Part shown: in pieces, positions 8,746 to 18,661 of the stretch
Position numbering within the stretch: position 1 is the stretch's first letter
How the letters are laid out: each line of letters begins with the position of its first letter
Source of the DNA: Acutalibacteraceae bacterium
GTDB lineage: Bacteria; Bacillota; Clostridia; Oscillospirales; Acutalibacteraceae
NCBI GenBank assembly: GCA_045603355.1
Contig: JAZULY010000095.1
Coordinates: 1 to 36,881 of the forward strand
Length of the DNA: 36,881 nt
Direction of reading: 5' to 3'
Made by a program: the position numbers and the translations under genes
The notes under the pieces: model-generated
Seen by the model: only the letters and a program-made list of their open reading frames with translations
Told to the model about the DNA's origin: nothing
Databases searched by the model: none

Positions 8746-9903
8746 TTATTTTATAATGCTCTTGAATATCTTTGAAATTTTAATTAAAGGATTAATGATA
8801 GCAAAATACAAATTCGTCTTTTTTACCTGCTTATATACAACTGTGCCTTTTAAAGCCTTAACAAAACCTTTATTTGCGTATTTTTTTAAAAATACATTCC
8901 TGTCTTTTGGTTTTACACAGGGGGTCTGCAGTTGCTTATTACCTTGTAAGGTTTCCGTGATTTCTCTTTTTTCGCAATAAAGTTCTTTCTCCGCCTCTTT
9001 TAAAAGGTCATGCCCTTTTTTAGTATTAACAAACGCAAGAGAAACATAAGGGATATTTGCGGCATCTTCCTTCAGGTCTTTTTTGTTTAAACCCCAAAAA
9101 TCGCCCGCTGTAATATCGCCCACGCGACTAAGAGAGGTAAATGGACAGGTATAACAATTTTCTCTGTTTATATAACTCTTTGCATAGGCACTGTAAAACA
9201 AATCTCTTGCTTTATCTTTTCGGTAAACTGTCTTTCCCTTATTATATGCAACGGTTTTTTCCCCTTCGGGTCCTCTGAAAAGGATTTTATCATAGGGCTT
9301 TTTCCCCATAATTCCTTGCATATATTCGGTTAAATATTTTTGCGGAGGTACGCCGTGACAGATTAAATCGATAGTAATAAGCTTCTCGTAATCTTTACGT
9401 AAAAAGCTCTTTAGTCCCGCCGTCTGGCACGGGGTACCGACAAAAAGAACTTTTCTGTTCTGCCGCAGGAATTCTTTTATTTTACGGTAAGAATCCCTCA
9501 CGTGAGCGTGAATATATTTACTGCCCTGGAATTCCCCTAATTTGTCGATATCCTCTGCATAGTCGAAAATCAGACAATTATTATCATATCGGGTGCCGAA
9601 TACAACGCCGCCGTCATTAATTATTATTTTAGATAGAGTCGTTACAAGGCCTGCCGATGCGGAATTCCGAACCACATTTTCGTCCTTACTCCAAACCGCG
9701 TAACAGTCCATTACCGAATTAGTGCCGACAGGATGCAAAACAGGACACGCCTTGCTGCAAGCACCGCATTCTATGCATTTTTTAGTATTTATTACGGGCT
9801 GCAGCGCGCCTATAGCATCCTCTTCCATTTCGATTGCACCGTGGGGACAAATATTCGCACAGGCAAAGCAGCCTAAGCACTGTTCACTTTTACATAGTTT
9901 CAT
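8746..9903 (-). CDS. Coenzyme F420 hydrogenase/dehydrogenase beta-subunit-like (FrhB/FdhB) protein with N-terminal 2x[4Fe-4S] ferredoxin domain
   Basis: CLGCFACANICP and CIECGACSKACP cluster motifs at the N-terminus. The start overlaps the stop of the pyruvyl transferase (ATGA). This pairing is common in polysaccharide loci. Confidence 0.75.
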   Translation of the reverse strand: MKLCKSEQCLGCFACANICPHGAIEMEEDAIGALQPVINTKKCIECGACSKACPVLHPVGTNSVMDCYAVWSKDENVVRNSASAGLVTTLSKIIINDGGVVFGTRYDNNCLIFDYAEDIDKLGEFQGSKYIHAHVRDSYRKIKEFLRQNRKVLFVGTPCQTAGLKSFLRKDYEKLITIDLICHGVPPQKYLTEYMQGIMGKKPYDKILFRGPEGEKTVAYNKGKTVYRKDKARDLFYSAYAKSYINRENCYTCPFTSLSRVGDITAGDFWGLNKKDLKEDAANIPYVSLAFVNTKKGHDLLKEAEKELYCEKREITETLQGNKQLQTPCVKPKDRNVFLKKYANKGFVKALKGTVVYKQVKKTNLYFAIINPLIKISKIFKSIIK

Positions 9904-11030
9904 ACTATTTTTTCCTTGTAATCTAACGCTGTTTTCAAAAAGTCCTTTGATTTTTCTATCATAGGCATAAGCTTTTCATAGACCATATCATAGTCAATAT
10001 CGCGCTTCATATCCTCTACCGTGCTATTTTCGTTTGATAGCCTCTCGGGTATACCGCAGGCATTCAAAATGCTGTGCATACGCGAAGTTCCCGCACCTCT
10101 TTCTTTGGAAGTGTCGGCAAATACCAAAAATTTCTTTTTAAATATAATCGAAAAGGCTGTAGCGTGAAAAGAATTTGTGAACACATATTCCGCGTTTTCT
10201 ATCAAAGAAACAAATTCCTTCGGTCCTGCATCATAACACTTTATGTTGCTGTATAGCATTTCACGCAAATTCATACTGACCACAACAATAGGTAGGCCTG
10301 TTTCCTGGCTTAATTTTTGTGCATATGCTCTCATTCCGGGTAAATCCCCGTGCACGGCATAAAAGAAAATATAAGGCTTTTTTATCTTGTTCTTGGGAGA
10401 AATTTTCTTCCATTCGTCCTGATCCAATAAAAACACCGGATCTACTACGTGCTCTACCTGCTGACCTGATATATCGGAAATAACCTCTACCACATTACTT
10501 TCGCGAACAGAAATTGCTTTGTAATCACGTAAATGCTTACAAAAATCTGCCTTTACATCCTCGTTAATATCCAACGCCCCTACGCTTGCTGCATAAGAAA
10601 TGCGACTTCCCTTATTTTCAGCAAAATCAAGGATAAATGCGGGGTCGTAATTTCGGCAATAAGTGTTCCATATCTGATCGCTTCCGCAAACGTAATAATC
10701 GAAATCTAAATCAGCCTTTTTAAGTTCATCGTTGGAAAAATACGCTTTTTCGGTCATCGGTACCATTTCACTCAAAAAATTATCAAAGCGCTTTTTCCTG
10801 CGATGCAGACGACCGCTATACAGTAACGCTTGCAGATTTCTCGGGATATCCATAACCGAGTGGAAAGGATAAAATATCTTATAGCTCTCTTTTACGCGAT
10901 ATGTTCTGAAATCGATAGTCTTGGCATCGTAACCTATATTTCGCAGATAACGATTAAGGGCATACGCCTGCTCTAACGCACCATAATTATTTATCTTATG
11001 GATTGTAACGATTCCTACTTTTTTCATCAA
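9900..11030 (-). CDS. Polysaccharide pyruvyl transferase (EpsO/CsaB/WcaK-like)
   Basis: MMKKVGIVTIHKINNYGALEQAYAL N-terminus, typical of the PS_pyruv_trans family. 376 aa. Confidence 0.8.
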   Translation of the reverse strand: MMKKVGIVTIHKINNYGALEQAYALNRYLRNIGYDAKTIDFRTYRVKESYKIFYPFHSVMDIPRNLQALLYSGRLHRRKKRFDNFLSEMVPMTEKAYFSNDELKKADLDFDYYVCGSDQIWNTYCRNYDPAFILDFAENKGSRISYAASVGALDINEDVKADFCKHLRDYKAISVRESNVVEVISDISGQQVEHVVDPVFLLDQDEWKKISPKNKIKKPYIFFYAVHGDLPGMRAYAQKLSQETGLPIVVVSMNLREMLYSNIKCYDAGPKEFVSLIENAEYVFTNSFHATAFSIIFKKKFLVFADTSKERGAGTSRMHSILNACGIPERLSNENSTVEDMKRDIDYDMVYEKLMPMIEKSKDFLKTALDYKEKIV

Positions 11031-11048
11031 TTTCTCCTCCGAGATTTT

Positions 11049-11621
11049 TTATTTCGCCAATAAATCGGTATACTCTTTAAAACTCATAAGATTAAGGTCT
11101 TTTTCGCTGATGATAAGGTTCTCTTTTCCACCTATCTCCTGGAAAGGCCAGACGATGCCTATATCGGGGTCGTTATACATAATGCCCGAGTCACCCTCAC
11201 CATAGAAAACCTCGGCACATTTATAGCTGACTACCGAGTCCTCAATAACTAAGTAGCCGTGGCCGAAATAGGGCGGAACTAAAAGGCAATTAGTGTTCTC
11301 TCCTGTTAAATGGAAGCCTCGCCACTGCCCGTAGGTCGGGGACTCAGGACGCAAATCGACTATAACGTCATACACGTGGCCACTGACGCAGCGAACTAAT
11401 TTTGCCTGCTGTTTTACAAGCTGAAAATGTGTAGCGCGGATAACACCCTTTTTAGATATTGTATAAAAAACTTCCTTTAAATCGTGGTCGATACCATTAG
11501 CACGGAAGGTATCTACATTATAATCCTTAATAAGACCGCCGCGCTCATCCGTCGCGTAAAACGGTTTTATTAAATATGCGCCCTTTAAATCGAGCTCGGT
11601 AAAATCGAATTTTTGTATCAT
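11049..11621 (-). CDS. NDP-4-keto-6-deoxyhexose 3,5- (or 3-/5-) epimerase, RmlC-like cupin
   Basis: 190 aa. RGGLIKDY, GVIRATHFQ, KLVRCVSGHVYDVIVDLR and FGHGYL motifs resemble the dTDP-4-dehydrorhamnose 3,5-epimerase family. Located directly downstream of CDP-sugar genes. Confidence 0.8.
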   Translation of the reverse strand: MIQKFDFTELDLKGAYLIKPFYATDERGGLIKDYNVDTFRANGIDHDLKEVFYTISKKGVIRATHFQLVKQQAKLVRCVSGHVYDVIVDLRPESPTYGQWRGFHLTGENTNCLLVPPYFGHGYLVIEDSVVSYKCAEVFYGEGDSGIMYNDPDIGIVWPFQEIGGKENLIISEKDLNLMSFKEYTDLLAK

Positions 11622-11631
11622 AAACTTCTCC

Positions 11632-12543
11632 TTAAATGGTTTTCAACCATTCCATAGTAAGGCGGGTGCCCTCGGCAAAGCCGACCTCTGCCTCATAACC
11701 GCAGTCCTCTTTTAGCGCGGTTATATCGAAAACTTTAAGCGGCATATTAACGCCCGTAAAGGGAACGTCACCGAAAACGGGAACGGCATCAGGAGACAAA
11801 GCGGCCTGCATTTCAAGGATAAATTCCTTTAAGGGGCGCGCGTTTCCGCTGCCTATCATATACTCACAAAAAGGCTTGCCGCGTTCGGCCACCAGATAGA
11901 AAGCTTTAGCCACATCGGTTATATAAACAAAATCATAATTTTGTGTTGCGGCGGTAAACTGCAGCGGCTCGCCGTTTATAATCTTGCGGATGGTGGTATT
12001 AACAAAGCGGGGAGATAATTCACCCACACCGTAGGCATTGGTAATCATCGGCCAGAGAAGGTCTATGCCGATATCCGCCGCTACCGCCTTGCACATACTG
12101 TGTGCAATATGCTTGCCCATACCGTAAATATAACCCATACCCGGGCGGTTTCCCTGCGCATGCACGGCAGCCTCAACCTCGTATTCCATAATACTGCCTG
12201 CGCAAACAAAACGGCTACAGCCCTTTTCCTTTGCAACCTTCAGACATTCTACGGTGCTAAGTGCATTTTTCATCTGCAAATTATAGTCTACCCTTTGGGG
12301 ACCCGCCGAGCCCACCCAGGCGAAATGAATAAATGTATCATATACACCGACGGGTATTTTAGCGCTCAGTTCATCGCGGTTTAAAACATCGCACTGAAGG
12401 TATTTAAGACCCTGTGCAGGCTTTAGTCTATTTGGAGTCTCGCTGATATCGAGAGCCAAAACCTCTATGCCCTGTTTTAAAAAATAATCTACGGTATAGC
12501 TGCCGACAAAACCGTCAGCACCTGTGATAATTACCTTTTCCAC
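11632..12543 (-). CDS. NAD(P)-dependent epimerase/dehydratase family protein (probable CDP-4-keto-6-deoxyhexose reductase)
   Basis: GTG start directly after the rfbG stop. VIITGADGFVGS Rossmann motif. SDR YxxxK candidate (YGMGK). 303 aa. Confidence 0.75.
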   Translation of the reverse strand: MEKVIITGADGFVGSYTVDYFLKQGIEVLALDISETPNRLKPAQGLKYLQCDVLNRDELSAKIPVGVYDTFIHFAWVGSAGPQRVDYNLQMKNALSTVECLKVAKEKGCSRFVCAGSIMEYEVEAAVHAQGNRPGMGYIYGMGKHIAHSMCKAVAADIGIDLLWPMITNAYGVGELSPRFVNTTIRKIINGEPLQFTAATQNYDFVYITDVAKAFYLVAERGKPFCEYMIGSGNARPLKEFILEMQAALSPDAVPVFGDVPFTGVNMPLKVFDITALKEDCGYEAEVGFAEGTRLTMEWLKTI

Positions 12544-13608
12544 TTAGAAAACCTCTTTGCTAAAGTATTCTTTTATCTGCTTGTCCATACATTCGCGAAC
12601 ATTTCCGCCCGATATCCAGCATTTGCTCCACTCGGTAACCTTGGCTATAGCCTCGTCTAAATCCCAACGGGGACGCCAGCCGAAGGTGCATTTAAGTTTT
12701 GAGCAATCAAGCTTTAAGAAATTAGCCTCGTGCGGTCCGCCGTCGTATTTGTTTTCCCAGACCATTCCCTCGCCCCAGTGCTTTACGAATAAATCGACCA
12801 AAGCGCCTGTCTGGAAGCAGTCGCGGTCATCGGGACCTACATTATAATAGCCTGCGAATTTATTATCCTCGTACTGGCGCGCCGCTATCATTAAATAGGC
12901 ATAAAGCGGCTCTAAAACGTGCTGATACGGGCGTGTCGAGAAGGGATTTCTCACGATTATATTTTTCTTTTCTATCGCCGCGCGGATACAGTCGGGTATA
13001 ATGCGGTCGTTTGCGAAGTCGCCGCCGCCGATAACGTTGCCTGCGCGCGCGGTGGAAACGGCAATTTTACCGTCACTAAAGAAGCTGTTTTTATAGCTGT
13101 GGGTAACCAGCTCAGAGCAGGATTTTGAGTTAGAATACGGGTCATAACCGTCGAGTTCTTCATTCTCGCGGTATCCCCACTCCCACTCCTTATTAAGATA
13201 AACCTTATCGGTTGTTACATTTAAAAATGAGCGAACACAGTCACTGTTTCTTACACACTCAAGGATATTGACAGTGCCCATAACATTAGTTTCATATGTA
13301 TATGCGGGGTCCTTGTAGCTGTCTCTTACTATCGGCTGAGCCGCTAAATGCAGTACAATTTCGGGTTTCGCCTCGTCAAACGCCGCTTTAAGGGAATTAT
13401 AGTCCCTGATGTCACCTATAATTGACTGAATATCCTTTTCAATTTCGGCTATTTCAAAAAGTGACGGAGAGGTCGGCGGGTTTAAGGAATAACCCGTAAC
13501 AACGGCGCCCGCGTGTGACAATATTTTACATAGCCACGAGCCCTTAAAGCCTGTGTGACCCGTTACGAATACCCTTTTCCCCTTATAAAAGCTTAAATCA
13601 AATTCCAT
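12544..13608 (-). CDS. rfbG: CDP-glucose 4,6-dehydratase
   Basis: FYKGKRVFVTGHTGFKGSWL N-terminus and YSNSK active-site motif. 354 aa, immediately downstream of rfbF. Confidence 0.9.
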   Translation of the reverse strand: MEFDLSFYKGKRVFVTGHTGFKGSWLCKILSHAGAVVTGYSLNPPTSPSLFEIAEIEKDIQSIIGDIRDYNSLKAAFDEAKPEIVLHLAAQPIVRDSYKDPAYTYETNVMGTVNILECVRNSDCVRSFLNVTTDKVYLNKEWEWGYRENEELDGYDPYSNSKSCSELVTHSYKNSFFSDGKIAVSTARAGNVIGGGDFANDRIIPDCIRAAIEKKNIIVRNPFSTRPYQHVLEPLYAYLMIAARQYEDNKFAGYYNVGPDDRDCFQTGALVDLFVKHWGEGMVWENKYDGGPHEANFLKLDCSKLKCTFGWRPRWDLDEAIAKVTEWSKCWISGGNVRECMDKQIKEYFSKEVF

Positions 13609-13614
13609 AAATTT

Positions 13615-14391
13615 TTACTCCCATAATTTCCAAGGTGCAGTGCCGTTATTCCAAAGCTTTTCTAATTTCTGCTTTTCTCTTAATGTATCCATACACTGCC
13701 AGAAACCCTTGTGAATATAACTGCCGAGCTGCCCCATTTTAACAAGTGCGTCCATCGGCTCTTTTTCGAAAACGGTACTGTCGCTCGGAATATAATCGAA
13801 AAGCTGCGGCTCAAATACCATATAACCGATGTTGATAAGGTCGCCGTCAAGGTCACTCTTTTCGCGAAATGCCTCAACGCTGCCGTCACTCGATAACTCC
13901 AAAACGCCCTTGTTCTGACCGAAATTGTAAACCGATATAGTACCCATCTTACCGCTTGCCTTATGGGTTTTCAGTAGTTCCTCTATATTAACATCGCCTA
14001 CCGCGTCGCCATAGGTCAGCATAAAGGTTTCGTTACCTACATATTCCTGAATACGCTTTACTCTGCCGCCCGTTTGGGTGTTAAGGCCTGTGTCAACAAC
14101 CGTTACCTTCCACGGCTCTGAATGCTTATTATGTACTATCATTTCATTACCGTTTGTGAAATCAAAGGTAATATCCGACGTATGAAGAAAATAATCGGCA
14201 AACCATTCCTTAATAACGTGCTGTCTGTAGCCTGCGCAGATAATGAACTCGTTAAATCCGTAATGGGAATATTCCTTCATAATATGCCAGAGAATGGGCA
14301 TTCCGCCGATCTCTATCATCGGCTTAGGCTTGAACTGCGATTCCTCGGATATTCTCGTACCGAAACCGCCCGCTAAAATTACAACCTTCAT
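13615..14391 (-). CDS. rfbF: Glucose-1-phosphate cytidylyltransferase
   Basis: MKVVILAGGFGTRISEESQFKPKPMIEIGGMPILWHIM. I prefer the ATG at 14391 (SD GAGGTGGA 7 nt upstream) over the track's 14406 start. Confidence 0.9.
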   Translation of the reverse strand: MKVVILAGGFGTRISEESQFKPKPMIEIGGMPILWHIMKEYSHYGFNEFIICAGYRQHVIKEWFADYFLHTSDITFDFTNGNEMIVHNKHSEPWKVTVVDTGLNTQTGGRVKRIQEYVGNETFMLTYGDAVGDVNIEELLKTHKASGKMGTISVYNFGQNKGVLELSSDGSVEAFREKSDLDGDLINIGYMVFEPQLFDYIPSDSTVFEKEPMDALVKMGQLGSYIHKGFWQCMDTLREKQKLEKLWNNGTAPWKLWE

Positions 14392-14392
14392 A

Positions 14393-15514
14393 TTATTCCA
14401 CCTCATTTAATAAAGAGTCAAATAAATTTTCTACTACCTTTACGGTGTTTTCCTTTGAAAAGAATTTTCCGCGCTCGACAGCCTTCCCTTTATAGTATTC
14501 TAAGTTGCCGCCTGACAGGATTTCTCGCATACCCGCAAAAATACCCTCTTCGCTGTTCTCGGTTACTATGCCGTACTCGTCGCTGTCGCCGAGCAGCTCG
14601 TAGGCACCGCTGCAGCAGGTGCTTACAACGGGAGTACCGATTATAAGGCTTTCGGTAACGGCGGTACTAAAGCCCTCGCGGCGCGATGAGCAAACAAATA
14701 AATCCGCCTGTTTTACATACTTATACGGGTTTTCCTTAAAGCCTAATAAATGAAACGTATCCTTAACACCATAGTCCTCAATTAATCGGGTGAGTCTCTC
14801 CTCCTCGGTGCCTGTGCCGAGAACATAAATGTTATGCCTAAATCCCTCATCCAAAAGCCTTTTATGCACCTTTATCAGTCGGTCATAGCCCTTCTCATAG
14901 CGCAGTCTGCCTATAGATATAACGTTGATATTATCCGAAAAGCGTATATCCTCTACCGCCTCATCGGATAAAGCCAATATCTTTTCATCCTCATTGGTAT
15001 TGTATAAAACGGTACAGGGGTGTTCTATTTTGGACAGCTGCAAAAAATCCTGCTTTACGGTTTCGGCTACGCATACCGTAGCATCAAAACTGCCGTAGCA
15101 CTTTCTTGCTTCACCGAGTGACCTGAAGCTATGGGACAGTGCCCTTTCGCTTAACTGCTCTACGTGTATCCAACTAACCTTTTTTGTATCTTTGTAAGGA
15201 CATCCCGCTATTATTCGGGCTGAAGGTCCCTCCAAATAGGATACCGCAATATCATACCTCTTTTTTACTATTTTGCGGTAAAGCGTTTCGGGGGAAAAGA
15301 GTTTAAACATCTTTGTATTACCCGGAAACTGCCGTTTAAAGCCTGCGATATACTCGATATCCTCATTTAAGAAGTTTCGGTTAACGCCCACATCGAAAAG
15401 GGTTTGAACAGTTACCTTATATTTAGTTTTATCAAGGTTATTTGCCAAATTAACGAGCACCCGTTCGGCACCGCCGCCGCCGAGACTCGGTATTAAAAAC
15501 AAAACTGTTTTCAT
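14393..15514 (-). CDS. Glycosyltransferase family 4 (GT-B, group 1)
   Basis: LIPSLGGGGAERVL N-terminus and C-terminal EGFSTAVTESL (E-x7-E-type) motif. 373 aa. Confidence 0.8.
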   Translation of the reverse strand: MKTVLFLIPSLGGGGAERVLVNLANNLDKTKYKVTVQTLFDVGVNRNFLNEDIEYIAGFKRQFPGNTKMFKLFSPETLYRKIVKKRYDIAVSYLEGPSARIIAGCPYKDTKKVSWIHVEQLSERALSHSFRSLGEARKCYGSFDATVCVAETVKQDFLQLSKIEHPCTVLYNTNEDEKILALSDEAVEDIRFSDNINVISIGRLRYEKGYDRLIKVHKRLLDEGFRHNIYVLGTGTEEERLTRLIEDYGVKDTFHLLGFKENPYKYVKQADLFVCSSRREGFSTAVTESLIIGTPVVSTCCSGAYELLGDSDEYGIVTENSEEGIFAGMREILSGGNLEYYKGKAVERGKFFSKENTVKVVENLFDSLLNEVE

Positions 15515-15540
15515 ACTGTTTTTCCTTTACTTAGCCAAAG

Positions 15541-16701
15541 CTAATATTTTAAGTATCCTACAAAGAACTGATTACCCATCGAGTGTAAACCGTATATGAA
15601 GAAAATGAAATAACAAATAATGGTTATCCATTTAACTATTTTACGCTCCTCATAGGAACGTATACAGCTTATTTCGTATACGATAAATATTATGGTATAC
15701 GGTGTAAAATACATGGCGAGTCGGTAGAAATATAACACCTTAGTAGCAAAGAACCAACACAGCAAGCTGATAAGCGACATATTAAATGAGAGGTTATACA
15801 TCGGATTAGCTTTTATCTCTGCTATCTGCTCGTTTGTGAGGTCATTCGGGTTTATCGGGGTGTAGGATTTTATGCCCCTTTCCTTACGCGTTTGCGCATT
15901 ATGATAAAGAAGCGACAGCATAATGGGAACGCCCGCAACAAAAACACGGAAAACATTAACGCTGCTGTTACCCTCACTTAGCATCTGACCGTAGTCTTCA
16001 CCGTAAGAGGTGCCGTCAAGAATTTCTACAAGGGTATCACCTATACCTGTATTAAAGAAAACGTAAATAATAAGACAGGCGATGATAATGGCTGCTGTAG
16101 AGCCCGACCAAGGCTTTTTATCAACTATAAAGTATATCGGGATAAACAGCAGTGCCGAGCCGTGAACGGTAGAGGCGAGAAAAATAATTATCAAATAAGG
16201 GATGAATTTTTTCTCTATTAGCAGCTTAGGCAATAAAAAGAACAGTACCGCCGCTACTATAGCCTGTCTGAGACCGTTCATGGTATCTACATAACATCCC
16301 ATAGCGATAAACAGGAATATACCGAAATCCATTTCGGGCGAATACTTGATTATAGCCCAGAAAAGACAACCTACCGTGATGAGCGACATTAAAAATAGAA
16401 ACACCTGCGCGTCATCAGTAAAAAATTTTACTACCGACTGTAAAACTGCAAATCCCTTATCCTTTATGTCGGGGTCTGCCCAGAACTCGGATGTGAATAT
16501 CACATTCGGGTCGTGAGCCATAAATCCGTGCCGATACGCGCGTGTATCAATATATCCGTGCCTGAGACCCGCGACGCATATCATTGTCACGCTCGTCAGA
16601 AACAGAACTACCTTTGATTTAGTTTTCTTTGCTACCCACATAAGGGCCATTATAACCGCCACAAATACTAATACGTGGCCCCAATTAAGACTTGCTTGCA
16701 T
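15541..16701 (-). CDS. EpsG-family membrane protein (Wzy-type repeat-unit polymerase candidate)
   Basis: 386 aa, about 10-11 TM helices. GLRHGYIDTRAYRHGF segment after the second helix resembles the EpsG family. It is the only polymerase-like ORF in the locus. Confidence 0.65.
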   Translation of the reverse strand: MQASLNWGHVLVFVAVIMALMWVAKKTKSKVVLFLTSVTMICVAGLRHGYIDTRAYRHGFMAHDPNVIFTSEFWADPDIKDKGFAVLQSVVKFFTDDAQVFLFLMSLITVGCLFWAIIKYSPEMDFGIFLFIAMGCYVDTMNGLRQAIVAAVLFFLLPKLLIEKKFIPYLIIIFLASTVHGSALLFIPIYFIVDKKPWSGSTAAIIIACLIIYVFFNTGIGDTLVEILDGTSYGEDYGQMLSEGNSSVNVFRVFVAGVPIMLSLLYHNAQTRKERGIKSYTPINPNDLTNEQIAEIKANPMYNLSFNMSLISLLCWFFATKVLYFYRLAMYFTPYTIIFIVYEISCIRSYEERKIVKWITIICYFIFFIYGLHSMGNQFFVGYLKY

Positions 16702-16729
16702 TAAAATTCTCCTAAAATAAACCTTGCTG

Positions 16730-17542
16730 TTATCCTCTGCTTGATTTATGTATCATCATATACAGTTTCACAGGCATAATTCCCTTGATAACACCCATAA
16801 CAAACTCTTTGACTACATATATATAATATCTTTTTGGTAATTTAAGCCTTTTTATACCGTCATAGGTTACATAGACGCCGTTCATACGGGATTTAAGAGT
16901 TCTGCGACCAAAGGCATTTCGGTCATCCCGCATTTTATAAAGCGGCTGCTGAATATTATAGCCTCTGTAGCCTGCGGCATAGAGGCGGTACCACAAATTA
17001 CAGTCCTCATACCGCAGTGTCCTTTTATCGAGTGAGTAACCCTCTACCGCGAGATAAGCCTCGCGACGTATCATACACGGCGCGTGACAGTGAAAGGGCG
17101 CGTGATGGAAAAAGTCATTAATCTGCGGCACCTCAATAGCGGTGCCTTTGCCCCAGTCACCCGACTCATCAAAATAAATCATCGGCGAGCTGACTATAGC
17201 GTATTCGGGGTGATTATCGAGCAGTTCTACCTCTTTTTCGAATCGCTCGGGCAGAGATATATCGTCACCGTCCATACGGGCGATATATTCGCCTTTTGCA
17301 ATCTCGAGGCAGTTATTCAGGGTCTTATTAAGACCTTCATTTTGTTCGTTTTTTATAAGAATAAACTTATCGGGATACATCTGCACGTACTTTTGTGCTA
17401 CGGCATAGGTGTCATCAAACGAGCCGTCATCGCACATTATCATTTCCCAGTCGGTATATGTTTGGGCGAGTATCGACTCTATCGCCTCATCGAGAGTATC
17501 GGCGCAATTGTAAATCCCCATTATTATTGATATTCTTTTCAT
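16730..17542 (-). CDS. Glycosyltransferase family 2
   Basis: MKRISIIMGIYNCADTLDEAIESILAQTYTDWEMIMCDDGS and RMDGDD (DxD) motifs. 270 aa. Confidence 0.8.
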   Translation of the reverse strand: MKRISIIMGIYNCADTLDEAIESILAQTYTDWEMIMCDDGSFDDTYAVAQKYVQMYPDKFILIKNEQNEGLNKTLNNCLEIAKGEYIARMDGDDISLPERFEKEVELLDNHPEYAIVSSPMIYFDESGDWGKGTAIEVPQINDFFHHAPFHCHAPCMIRREAYLAVEGYSLDKRTLRYEDCNLWYRLYAAGYRGYNIQQPLYKMRDDRNAFGRRTLKSRMNGVYVTYDGIKRLKLPKRYYIYVVKEFVMGVIKGIMPVKLYMMIHKSSRG

Positions 17543-17563
17543 TTTATCTCCCGTTTTTCGGTA

Positions 17564-18649
17564 TTATGATATTCCCGAATATATATTTTGCAGGCTGCGT
17601 GCTGTAGAACGTATATCAAATAAAGATAATTTTTCGCGGTCTATTTCTAAGTCCTTACCCGAACTTATAAATTCACAGATTTCATCCGCCCACTGTTCTG
17701 CGGTATTTTGCAAAGGGATGAACTTGCACTTTCCGCAATCGGACAACCGAGATACCGTGTCAGATACAAAGCAGTTAAGTCCCGCCGCTTGCGCTTCGGC
17801 AAGCGCCAAAGAGAGCCCCTCATATTTAGAGGGCAGTAAAAAGTAATCTGCCCGACTTAAATGCTCGTTTACATCGCTTCTGACGCCGAGGAAATTAATT
17901 TTATCCTCTAAAGAAAACTCCTTTACCTTCTCTTTAACCGCCTCTTCAAGTTCACCCGTTCCAATCCAATCTAACTCACAGTTCGGCAACCTCTCTGCTA
18001 CAGCCTTCATAATATCGACTATGAAAAAAGGATTCTTAGGATCGGTAATTCTGCCCACTGTTATAAATTTGACCTTTTCTCCATTTTTCTCACGGGCAGA
18101 CGAATATTTACTAAGGTTTATTCCGTTATACACTATTTTATAGGGTTGATTTTTGAAAAAATATTCACCGCATACGTCTGAACACGCCACACGCTGCGTA
18201 GCGAGTAGTTTAATCATAAATTTCATAAAACCGAGATATGCTTCTTTGGACAGGGCTTTAAGGGAATTACCGCCCTTCTTATTCGATGAGGTGTGGGCGT
18301 GGCATACCCTTATCTTTATTCCCGCTAATGCAGCTACAAGTAAATTTATACCGTTAAGCATATCCATATTAACATGTATTGCATCGAAAGGACCGTACTG
18401 CTTTAAATTTTTATAAAGAAGACTCGGCCACTTAAAGAGTTTTTTACCGTCCAAATCCGAAATATGCACGACACGGATACCGTTATTTATAACCTGCTCC
18501 TCCCAAATCTGAGGCACACCTTCGTCAAGCGCTAAAAAATATGTGATATCATATTTTTCTAAATCCCAACAACCCGAGAGATTTGCAAACAGTGTGTCTA
18601 TTCCGTTTGCAGCCAAGCCGTGCAAAACTACTGCGACACGCGTTTTCAC
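17564..18649 (-). CDS. Glycosyltransferase family 4 (GT-B, group 1)
   Basis: 361 aa. C-terminal PSKYEGLSLALAEAQAAGL motif of retaining GT4 enzymes. Confidence 0.75.
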   Translation of the reverse strand: MKTRVAVVLHGLAANGIDTLFANLSGCWDLEKYDITYFLALDEGVPQIWEEQVINNGIRVVHISDLDGKKLFKWPSLLYKNLKQYGPFDAIHVNMDMLNGINLLVAALAGIKIRVCHAHTSSNKKGGNSLKALSKEAYLGFMKFMIKLLATQRVACSDVCGEYFFKNQPYKIVYNGINLSKYSSAREKNGEKVKFITVGRITDPKNPFFIVDIMKAVAERLPNCELDWIGTGELEEAVKEKVKEFSLEDKINFLGVRSDVNEHLSRADYFLLPSKYEGLSLALAEAQAAGLNCFVSDTVSRLSDCGKCKFIPLQNTAEQWADEICEFISSGKDLEIDREKLSLFDIRSTARSLQNIYSGIS

Positions 18650-18661
18650 CTATATCCCACC

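Noticed and set aside
17084-17530. Long antisense ORFs inside glycan and copA/mtaB genes (for example 17084-17530, 19938-20321, 20344-20781, 21471-21884, 24663-25028, 31103-31543, 31920-32384, 32944-33438)
   Set aside because: Each sits entirely opposite a gene with clear family motifs and has low-complexity or odd composition. None has a ribosome-binding site. They are typical frame-shadow ORFs in moderately GC-biased coding DNA.
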